This document shows, in pieces, positions 24,801 through 36,800 of a DNA stretch of 64,000 bases. Each line of letters starts with the position of its first letter. Within the stretch, counting starts at the first letter, position 1. Position numbers and translations under genes: made by a program. The notes beneath the pieces were generated by a model. The model did no database searches. It had not been told where the DNA came from and saw nothing but the letters and a program-made list of their open reading frames with translations. This DNA is from Phoronis australis (lineage: Eukaryota; Animalia; Phoronida): assembly GCA_002633005.1 (NCBI GenBank), contig NMRA01000254.1, positions 430,436 through 494,435 on the forward strand. The letters run 5' to 3'.

Positions 24801-27800
24801 CTTTTATTGTTATTTGACCATAATATATTATTTGATTGTTGGGTCAACTCTCTGTGTTATTTGACCATAATATATTATTTGATTGTTGAGTCAACTCTCC
24901 GTGTAATAAATAAGGCCATAAAAGATGGGCATCAAATCTAAAATGTTGTTATCTTTGGAAGATTCAGTATGCGTTGCAAGTTTGGTTACACTGTGCCAAC
25001 GACTGGCAGTATGTTTACACGAGTTAACTTTGTCACCTTGCAAGAACACATTCACCTGATGTAAAAGTTGTCTTGAAGTTAGTAGTCAACACAGCCACAA
25101 ACTTTGTCAGCCTGTGTGTTTTCTCTAGTGTCGAACATGGTCACTAGGTGTCATGTGATTACTTGTTCCCAATGTTATTCTATGTCAGCTATAGTTGACT
25201 TCATTAGATAGGTCAACCCCCACTCACTCTCCACCTGACTGTTTACAGTGTACATTTTGTTGGATGAAAATATTCTCGTCTGTGTCACAAAGTGTATTAA
25301 TGTTACGATTAGATTATGTTAGCTCTTGGGGTAAGTTTGTGTTTGATGTATTTCTTGTAAGCTCATGTCTTTCGTTCATTTAATGAACTCTTGTTTGGGT
25401 TATCGATAATTTTGTTTTGAAAGTCTTTTCTGTTGTTTTTCAGTTTTCTTTTAAGTTATTGCTCATAACTTTTACATTTAGTTATTGCCTATTGTCTGAC
25501 ATGTAACTCATTTCATGAATGATCTTAAGCTGATATTTTGTAATTAACTTCATTGTTGTAAAATAGCTAAACATTTGAATACAGACCCCTTGTCTCAACG
25601 ACTGAAGATTGCTTTAAGTTAGCAGTAATCTTTATTGCACATGGATTGAATAGGATCAATCCAAACCTAGACTAATTTTTGATTTTCGAATATACACGAC
25701 TCGTACTTTTCTTTTTAGTGGAAGCTATGGCAATACTGAAATTGATGCTTCAAAGATTTGCATGGTTTTACCCAATTTTTAATCATGCACGGTTACATTG
25801 AACTTTTCTGTCAAAAGCACTTATGAGTGGGGAGAAGCCTGAAGAAGTTTTTGACCCTCTGCAGCGAACCAGACGTTGTTTTGGCGGCTTCGTGAATGAC
25901 GTGAAACGAAGGTACCCAAAGTATCTGTCGGACATTACTGATGCGTTCAACTTCCAATGCGTCGCCGCTTTCTTCTTCATCTACTTTGCTGCCCTATCAC
26001 CAGCAATCACGTTTGGTGGTTTGATGGGTAAGCTGCATTTAGTTTTTTTCCTAAATGCTGCGCTTCAACACGATCTCTAGGGTGGAAAGTACTCGGAAGG
26101 ATTCCAAGTGTTTGAGTTACCTAGGATCCTAGAAAAATTCCAAATTTGGCCAACTTTGGAACATCATACAGTGCTTGAGGGTAAGCTTAATGCCAAGTTG
26201 CATTTAGGTGACCTGCTGGCAAAAATCCCAAGTCACTAAGCGAAATGTGAGGTCGCCAAAACTGAAAATCCCAGGTTGCCAAATCCGAGATGGAAGTCAT
26301 CCGACTAAAAAGGATCATACAATCGTAATTTGTATATGTACCTCTCCAAATTCTCAAGATCTCCCTGTAAATTTTCATAATTATGTATTTTCATTCTCTA
26401 ACTCAGTTTCCTCCTGGTCGCGAACGAACTCAGGACGCAGATGATCGCTTGCAGTGGTGGTGCATATTTCACCGATCTTGCCCGATTTTCCCTGAACTAT
26501 TCCGACTTCCATCTGTTTACTTCCTGTTGTAATTTAACCGGGTGCTTGATATGTGTTGACTGCTGTGATGGAAATGCACTGATTTCAGTAAATAAATGGA
26601 ACAATTGTGAATTAAAATAATGTAATGAATCTAGGAAAAATGTTATTAATTTAAAGTTTGGAAGTCAACAAGAACTTTGAAACAAATTAAGGGGGGATTA
26701 TTGTCTGAGTTTGAAACTCACAGTGACGACTTCGTGGTGACTTGAGATTTTTCCCAGGTCGCCATGTACAATTTGAGGTCGCATCGGTGACCTGCAGGTT
26801 GCCAAATCAAGCACTGATCTTTCTCAGAAGTGGCTGATTGGATTCAAAATGAAACTTTCAGATTCTATGATTTGTAAACTGTTCTCTACAATGCTGTTAG
26901 GATTGTTTTTATAATGATCCATTTTGCGGGAGGGATTTTACAAATTTCTCAAAAGTTGCATAAAACAAAACCAAAATCATAACCTTTTAATTAAAAACTG
27001 TTTTATGAGATTTGATTTTGACCACTTATATCAAACAAGATTTGGTCACTTTATTGGTGACGTTTGTTTGCCATAAATGTTTTTCTGGTAAATTTTATTC
27101 GAAAAAATATGGTCACATGACCCAGTCAATGGCAGATTGATATAAAGGCAGAAATCAAATGTCTTTCTACTTTGCCTAAAGACATACTTTCACAGGGTTA
27201 GAATCTACTGACTGAATGCACAGGCTTTCATATAAGGTCCTGCTTAACCTTTGGCAGTTGGTGTTTTATGTCCTGTATATTTCATATAACTATGACAATA
27301 TCTATTTAAAGTCCTCTTTTTATTGAAATGCATGATGGAAATTGTACAATCGTGTTATAGTGACCTTTGGGTATGGATTAATAAAACACTCTTCACTTGC
27401 AAGTGCGGATGATATTCTTGCAGGAATTCATGATCCATCACAAATTAATACCACTGAATGGGGGTGAGAGTTAGCAATTTATGAATTCCAACAATTAGTG
27501 TACTTTTGTTATTTTGTTTGTACCTAGAAGGCAGATGCGCAAAATCAGATGAGCCCAGGCATCGTGGGTTAGCCATCCTCAAGCAAGCATCTGTGTCTTG
27601 TTTTATTCATGGTCTCCTGGTGTTTTTCAAAATTAACTTTACCTTGGCAGATTTCGACAGAAGTGTGCAGATTCTGTCAAACTTGGTCGAACTGCTTACC
27701 ACACTTATTCGGCAGTTTTGTCAATATGCTTTTGTCGCAATAATTAGCTTAATGTGACATTCATGCTCCTTGCCATTAATTGTTTGTACAATAATGAACT

Positions 27801-30800
27801 CGCAAATTAAGCAATAATTGTAGCGATTTTGACTATGTGTGATGAAACGCCTGTCAAGATTCTCTTGAGATTTTGGCAGATTTGTAACAGCACTGGTTCT
27901 AGTAAAAAAGCATTGCAGTTTTGTCAATTTTTGACATTGTCCAAACTTGAAACATCACTATACATGGCAGCACACGCTTATCACACTGTCTCTTTCTTCC
28001 AGGGGAGATAACTGACAATTGGATTGGCGTCAGTGAAATGATCATGTCATCTGCTCTCTGTGGCCTTATATTCTCATTATTTGCTGGACAGCCTCTGATG
28101 ATAGTGGGCGCCACTGGTCCTATTATTGTGTTTGAGGAAAGCATGTACAAGGTTTGTGTAAGCAACAGATAACATGCATTCTTGCATTGTTATTGTGGTG
28201 ATACTGACTAGCAGCACCATCTGTTGTGTTTTAATGGTATGTTATATTAGAATTATTCGTAGAATTTGATTTGAGTCTCGTGGTATCAGTAAACGCGGAA
28301 AAATTGAGAAATTTCTCAATGGTCAGCTATGTCACCTTAATACATTTTGAACTACTGGAGGGTCCCCGTGAAAAGCAGTGAAAACTGATGGGTTAATTTC
28401 ACAAAATAAATATTAAATAAAAAAGAACTTCATATTAAGTTATTTGTGTTGTAATCATATGATTTTTGTTACATGGAATGAAATACCTCATTCAAGTGTG
28501 AATCTTATTAGTAGACAAATGAGTGAACTCTACTCGGTCCAGTCAAGTTAAATGTAAAATGAAACACTCCAACTCTCTGCTAAAAATCGAGTAAAATTTA
28601 TTATTAATACAATTGATTGCAATGCCAATGACTGCAGTAATGTTAAACATTTTATAATAAGTGCAATCATAACAAATCATAATTTATAAAACATCAATTA
28701 TTAAGATTAGATGAGAACAGTCCAACGGCGAAGTCATGAACATACTGCGATTTAAAGGTGTTGCATCCAGGGTTTCACAAAATTTCCTTCACCAATTGTT
28801 GTGTTTGGATTCCCATCAAAATCTACAACATAGCACTGGTGGTTGTTTCAGTTTTGTCGCGACAACGACTGGGAGTTCCTTCCCCTGCGCGTGTGGATCG
28901 GGGCCTGGTGCTGCGTCCTGGCCACCATAGTAGTGGCCTTCGAGGGCAGTTTCCTCATCAAGTACTTCACCCGCTTCACTCAGGAAATCTTCGCATCACT
29001 CATCTCGCTTATCTTCATCTTTGAAACATTTAAGAAGTTGTTTGGTGTAAGTGGCCTGTTATTTGTAGCTGCAATACATGCCAAAGGTATTCAGACTAAG
29101 TGACCCACAGTCAATTTTATGGTCCTAGAAATTTTTATGCGCCCACATATTTATATGTGGGTGCATATTGCCGTCATCTCTGTCTGGGTGTCTGGGCGTC
29201 CGGCGTCCGCGGTTCTATCTCCTACACCCCTTGCAGGAACTTATTGAAATTTGGCAGGTGTGTTCCTATGGGGTTGAAGACAGAGGGCCGCTGTTCCCCC
29301 TGGTGGCAATTTTAGTTTTTTTACGTTTGCCTCTGTATCTTGAAAGGTCCTTAACTGATTTTCATGAAATTTGGCTCATAGGCATCTATTAATGAGGTGA
29401 GGCTATCCTTTCGTTTTCAGATGGATTCGAGGAATTTTGTGCCACCTAGTGGCCATTTTTACTGTTTTCGAGCCTGTTTTTTGGCGTCCATTCCTCCATC
29501 AACCAAACCGCTCAAAGGATTATTGCGAAAATTGTCATGTACACTGTATGTCCGACGATTTCTACCACTGTGGCGCCTCCTAGTGGCAATTTTTTGTTGC
29601 ACCTATGACTGTATCTCCTAAACCGTTCGCAGGATCTTTACTAAATTTAGTAAGTGCATTTATATGATGTTAATAACGCAGGTTGACGACTATCAGGCAG
29701 ATCTGACTACTGGTGTGCCACCTAGTAGCAATTTTACATTTACCTCTTTATCTTCAAAGGTCCTCGATGTATTTTCATAAAATTTGGCATACAGGCATCT
29801 GTTAATGAGATTACGCCATCTCTCCATTTTCATTTGGATTCGACCTAGTTTGCGCCACCTAGTGGCCATTTTTACTGTTTTTGAGTCTGTTTTTTGGCGT
29901 CCACTCGTCTATCAACCAAACCGCTTTCGGGATAATTGTGAAAATTGGCATGTATGTTTTAACTATGAAGTGGACGGCTGACACTGATTTTCCAACTTTG
30001 ATTGCAGTGGCGCCTCCTGTTGGCCGTTTTTTTTTGCGCTCATGGCTGTATTTCTTAAAGCGTTTGCATGATCTTTACTTGATTTAGCAAGTGTATTTAT
30101 TTGATTTTGACAATGAACAATGACTTTGGGATGGATCTGACCACTCATGTGCCCCCTAGTGGCAATTTTAGTTTTTTACGTTTACCTCTGTATCTTCAAA
30201 GGTCCAAAACAGATTTTCATTATAGTTTGAATGTAGGCATCTATTGAAGAGATGACGCTTTGCTCCTGCTTTTGGATGGAATCTAGGTATTTTGCGCCAC
30301 CTAGTGGCCATTTTTGCGGTTTTCAAACCCTGGTCAACAAAATCCTTCTAGGGATGGTTTTAAAAATTGAAATGTTCTCAGTGTGAAGAGGATGTTTGAT
30401 GATGGCGACTGACTACTGTGGCGCCTCCTAGTGTTAGCTCTGTTTTGTTTTGAATCCATAGCTGTATTTGGATGGATTGTACTTTTTTGCGCCATCTAGT
30501 GGCCATTTTATGATACAAATAAATAACCTTAAAAGCACACCATTTGCGATGCATTCGTGGGCGCATTTCAATGCTCCGCGTTGTTCTTTTTAATAAAGTT
30601 AGCAAGGTGACTAAGAACAAGAATTTTGCCTCCATAATAGTCATTACCAGTCATTTTAAATTTGCTGTTTGTAGAATGAAGGGGACCCGGTGGTTTGTCT
30701 GATTTACTTTTGTCATGTACTGTTTCGGCATTCATACGAGTAAACTTGACTTCCATGCCATTTGTGAAATTGGTGTTCATGTTCTAAATTGATTTTTCGC

Positions 30801-33800
30801 TTTGTTGCTATTAATAAGGTTCAAAGTGTAGAACAGTACCCATAACTGAGACTAGACAACTCTGATGTATTCTGGCTCATGTTTGGTCGTGGAAGTGACG
30901 TAGAATAACTTAACAATGAAGGCTGCCTCTCCAAACAGGCCACGGATTGGTCCCCTGATCTCAATTTTTCTTTTACTTTTAATTTCATGTTTGTAACAGT
31001 AACCCATTTATAATGCTGCTGTCTGCTTATGCTGCAGAAGTTCTAGTTCATAGTAATTGCGTAGCTCTTTCGACTCACGTGACTTTCCAAATAAGGAAGC
31101 CCATACAGTCAGTACCATGCTGGTATTTTTGGCCCGAATGAAGCCGACTGGAGGTTGCAACAAGGCTATGTACTGTACGCGTTCGTGTCATTTGTAGCAT
31201 AAGTTACCTTGCTCTTTACGATTTTTACGTTTGGGATCGACTGATGATCAACAATGAGCATGTCAACAAGTACTAGGAAATATCTGACCATTGTCGCGTC
31301 ATATTATAGATCTACAGTGAATATCCCATCGTCCCTCCAGACATAGAGTTGCATCCTGCCTGTTTGAACAACTCCCTAAACACGACACTAGGGGTCCTTC
31401 TCAAGCTCAACACCACACTGCAGTGTGAAGCAGAACAACCCAACGCCACAGTCTCCCTGTTGTCGACCATGCTGATGCTTGGCACGTTTTTCATCGCCTT
31501 TTTCCTGCGAAACTTCCGCAACAGTAAATTTCTCGGCAGAACGGTGTGTATTGGATGTTTACGTGCATTGTAATATTTTCTCACAAAAGTCAAATAATTT
31601 CTCCTCTGAAAAGGTTTTTAGTTTATTACAAGCATGGATTGTAGTCTGTAGATGTCATAAAACAACATTTTGTGCTGATGAAACCCATATTGTACGTGGA
31701 TTGAATAGTGTGATGTGGCCTACATGTAACCTGCAGACCACACTCAAGATGTTTGCGAAACATTTGCCTAAAGGTAAATAAATCAGCTTAAAAATGTCAA
31801 AATGACCATTTTGGCAATTATTTTTGTGCAAAATAAGTGGACATTTACGGTTTATTTGAGATTTTTACCTGTGACAACTTTTAGACAGATGTTAATTTTA
31901 CAGCTAATTGAGATTTCTTTGACCAAATGACACTCATCGAAACTGCTTCTCATAGGAGTCATTTGGTAATTGAACCCAGCTCTGTTTGTCTTTTACTGCA
32001 GCCTTTAAAGACAGTGCACAAGTTATGATTGTACTGTGTCATTCCAGGCACGGAGAGCTTTGGGTGACTTTGGAATACCTATAGCGATCTTTGTTATGGT
32101 GCTAATTGACATACTTATTAAAGACAATTATACTCAGGTATGTGCTAAGTAATTTGTTCTCAGGGCATGCTATGGTCTCCCACAACTTCTTGTAATTGCA
32201 GTTTCACTGTTGAGCCAGTGGGTCGATTTTGTAGGGTAAAATATTTCAATTTCAATTTTTTTGTTTTAATTTCTGTAACAAGTATTTGTCTTTCAGTGAA
32301 TAAATAAGTGTCGTTGTGCACCAATATTAACTTTCAACTGAGCAGTGTATTTTGCTGACACTTACAAGCGCACCGTGACTCATTATTCTTGGCGAACCTT
32401 TTGAACTGTATCCAACTAAAGATGAGCTGACTTGTAAAATTAATGTTAATAATACATTACTTCCATGAAACTACGGTCTTCTTAACTGAGTATGGAGAAA
32501 GCTGTAATCAAGCTAAATTAAAACTTTTGAACATGTTGCAACCCTATGACTGAAGATTGACAGATAATGTACCTCAGTTAAGCTGTCACAAACAATCTTG
32601 TCCACCATTTCCAGAAACTGAATGTGCCTGAGGGCGGAGTGACCCCCACGGAACCCGATAAGAGGGGCTGGATCATCAATCCAATGGGTATGAGCAAACC
32701 TCTTCCCATCTGGATGATATTTGCTGCAGCCATCCCAGCCGTTTTGGTATTCATCCTCATCTTCATGGAGACTCAGATCACCGGGTAGGTGGCGCTGCCT
32801 CAGCCTAAAGACCTAGCTCACCTTTGAGCTCTTGGTCTAATATTTAACTGTGTCATTAAACAAGTTATACTAAATTGAGCAATTCTTACGAGCATGTTTA
32901 ATTCCGATAAAAAGTAATGAAGCTTTTTCAAGCTCGGACAATAAATATTCAAGTTTGGCCAATGTTAATTCAATCTTTTGGCCTCATCTTATTCAAGGTT
33001 CATGGAGAAAGCAGAAACCATGACATATTAATATGTACAATCGGTTGGTGTATTTAATTTTCAGTTCTTAGAAACGATCATTAAAACTACCATGCTCAAA
33101 TAATTATTTCTGGCTAACATTATAGGAATGTTTAGCATGATGTCATTTTGACATCATGACATTTTGGACCCAGTGTGACAGCAATTCTGTTCTTATTTCT
33201 GGGTCCATATATTGCGTCATCTACTGCCATGACATGTCATCACTAAACATCCGAATTCATAATCCCAAACTAACAACTATAGAAAAATTATTGTTCAAGG
33301 TTGCAGGTCAATGATTAAGTACGGAAATTCTAACTTGAAAGTTGACTTAATTTATTATATGGAGGACTTGTAACCTTGCTCCAGGTGAACTGAATAATAA
33401 GCAATTAGTTGTAATTTCCACCTTCATGTTCCCGTGAGTACATTCACTAAAATGGAGGGATCCTTTGTGATTTTATCTGTTCTTTTTTTCCATTTATTCC
33501 AAACAAATTACAGAACAATCGTCAACAAGAAGGAACGAAACCTAAAGAAAGGCTCGGGATACCACCTGGACTTGATGCTGATTGGCTGCCTTCCCCTACT
33601 CTGTACCGTCCTCGGCATTCCCATCGTTTGTGTGGCTGCCGTGCGTAGCATATCACATGTGTCGGCTCTCAGTATATACAGCCGTAACTACGCCCCTGGT
33701 GAGAGCCCCAAACTGGAGGGGGTACACGAGCAACGTGTGACTGCTTTTCTAGTCAGTATCATGGTTGGTAAGTGAGGGCTGTGGAGTTAACGAAGGGTGT

Positions 33801-36800
33801 GGTATAATTGAATATGCCAGTGAGTGTAGGAAGTTCTTTGAAGAGTGAATTATAGAAGTTACGAAACTTTTATTATATACCTCTGGGTGATTCCATTTGA
33901 TTTAATTTGAAATCTACTAGGCTAGAAATTTTATATCCTACCAAAATTTGGATTATCTCCCTCAAATATCAGAAAATTGTTTGAATATACTTGATAAGGA
34001 CAATGGCAAGTTTCTTTTTGTTTCTGAAATTGAATAATTACAAATAAATTGCCATCAACTTAGTAATCTTCATGATGCCTCTGTTTGTCAAACATGGCTT
34101 TTGAGTAATCAGTCAAACTTTCCTGTAGATACTAATAACTTAATAGTACTTTGATTGTTTACAGGTGTCTCAGTGCTGATGGGACCGATCCTGAAGAAAA
34201 TTCCTATTGCAGTACTGTTTGGTGTCTTCCTCTATATGGGCGTGGCTTCCATGAGTGGCATTCAGCTGTTTGAGAGGGTGGAGCTTATGTTGATGCCTAT
34301 CAAACACCATCCAAACTTGGGTTTTGTGCGACGAGTAAGTGCATGGGTTTGGCTTTTGTGAATGACATTTAGCTGTGTCAGAAGGTGGAGCCTAATATGT
34401 AATATGTTGATGCCCATCAAACATTTTGCAAACTTGTGGTTTTTGCTTTCTATCCAGTTAATTATATGGGGGTTACTTTTTTGAGTGATATTTAGCTCTT
34501 TGGGAGGGTTCTAGCATTCCAGCTAAATTTGGCTTTTTTGCAATGAGTAAGGAATGGGTGTGGCTTTCGTGAGTGGCGTTCAGCTGAGTGAGAGTTTTGG
34601 AGCATACGATGATGCCTGTACAATATCACCCACTAAACATGTGCATTGTTTAGAGGTATAAGTCTCTGAGTAGGGCGTGTTTCCACAATAGTCATGGCTC
34701 TAGATGAAGCTTGATTAAAAACAAAACCCTTTGTCCATTGCCTGGTTGAGTGAGAAAGATTAGAGGTAGAAAAAGGTAAATAAAGCACACTTATGGATTT
34801 CCATGTTTATTTAGTCGTCCCCTTCTAATCCGTTAAGCGTGAAAAATGCCTCCGTTATGTAACTCTTGTCTACCATTAGCTAGACTCGTGTGGGCGTCAG
34901 TTTTGCTCAAGAATTTTGAGCGCCCCAAATAGTTGAGCTAGCTACTTGCGATGGCCTATCATGAAGAAATTGCATTGTGAAGTCTTGATGTTGAAAGTTT
35001 TGTTTTCTAGCATGCTTTTTTCATTCCACATCTATCAGTGGTTTTAAAAATGCAAAGAACATGATTTTCAAAGTGTACTTGACTTATTTTTCATATACCA
35101 ATTTTGAACATTTTACTGTTAATCCAAAAATGCCTCATTTTAATTGCATTACATTCGTAACAAACTTCTCATTTCACGACCAAACATTTCATGACGTGTA
35201 GGTCTACACATTTACTACTTGACCTGTGACCTCTGCTCATTTCAGGTGCGCACTTTCCGCATGCACATCTACACCTTTATCCAACTGGTATGCCTGGCTG
35301 TCCTCTGGGTGGTCAAGTCCACCCCCGCCTCTCTCGCATTCCCCTTCGTTCTCATCATCATGGTGCCGCTGCGCAAGTTTGGCTTGCCCCTCATATTCAC
35401 CAAGTTGGAGCTGGATGAGGTGAGTTGGGACTAATGCTGCGATCACACAATGAAACTTTTATCAAACCAGAAATCATACCGCACACAATACTGTTAAACG
35501 TCAGGGCAAGTTCCACACGTATCATTTTCCATAGTCATTACTCGTCCAGCGTCACAAAATCACATACTGTTGTTTTACTGTGCTCAGTTCATCTGAACAG
35601 GGTAATTGTATTTCACTCAGACACTGTACTTACTTTACAAGGTTGTGTCAATTAAGATGCTGGTGCCCAGTTCGTTAATTAACTCATCAAAATTTTAGAC
35701 ATTGAATTTTAACTGAATGCTCAAGCACAATCCACGACAGCGTTTATCACTGCTCAAAATCAAACGGAAAACTGAAACGTAATCAGACTATCTGCTACAC
35801 AGCATACATGTACTTTTAATGTGGCTGTCCATAGTAAAGGTACCCTGACTTAAACACAAACAAACTCACACCCTGAGTGGAATGACCACTTTATTAAATG
35901 GGGTTTTATAACGGACCAAGTCAGAATACGAAGACTCAATCATAGACTCTAGTTAAGTCTGCGCAAATTGCCTTTGCGTGTGAATCATGTTCCTCTTTGT
36001 AAAGTGCAATACTTTTGAGTTTTTCATACACCAGATTTGGTAGCACCACGCCAACTACATATTACCGTTATTGTGTTGTGACTGGTCCAGGCGCTCACTG
36101 CACCAGTACTTACAACCATGTACAATATGTTAAAAGAAATTCAGCCAATCGCTTTTGATCAAGTTGCCCAATCAGAGGCTAGCCACAAATAACGGGATTG
36201 GAGGTTAGCCTTCTCACATTAAGAATTTAAAGCAAATCTGTCTAACTGTTGGACTGATCATCAGACAGCTGTCGAGTATTCACTGGCTCCGTAATTTGTC
36301 ACTCCAACATCTGACTGTAAACCATGTGACCTCTGTCCAAAGGAACGAGTCTTCTGGAACAACTGTCTATAAGATTTACATGTTTGTATGAATTATTTTA
36401 GACAATTCTATAGGGAAATAATCTACACATTGTAAAAAGTCTACTAGTTACCAAATTGGTTTTGTACATAAATTAAATGAGGTGAAATTTTCACAAATTA
36501 TTTTTTCAAATACCATGTGTTCAGTTCAACTGTATTTTGAAGGTGCTGTAGGTGCAGTAAAAATTCTCTGGTTAGGGCTGCGAAAAATTAATTATTTTGC
36601 TCAAGATCAGAACTTGTACCAAATTTCAGAAATACGCAATATTGGCTGTCTCGAATTCAAGAATTACGATTAATTACAAACGATCATTCTCCTCGACTTT
36701 ACACACTTTGAGGATGCATGCAAAGGTTTCGTTGATAGCTATTTTTAATGATTTTACGAACTGCCAAGTCTGTTTTCAGACTCTTCTGATGCAAAATACG

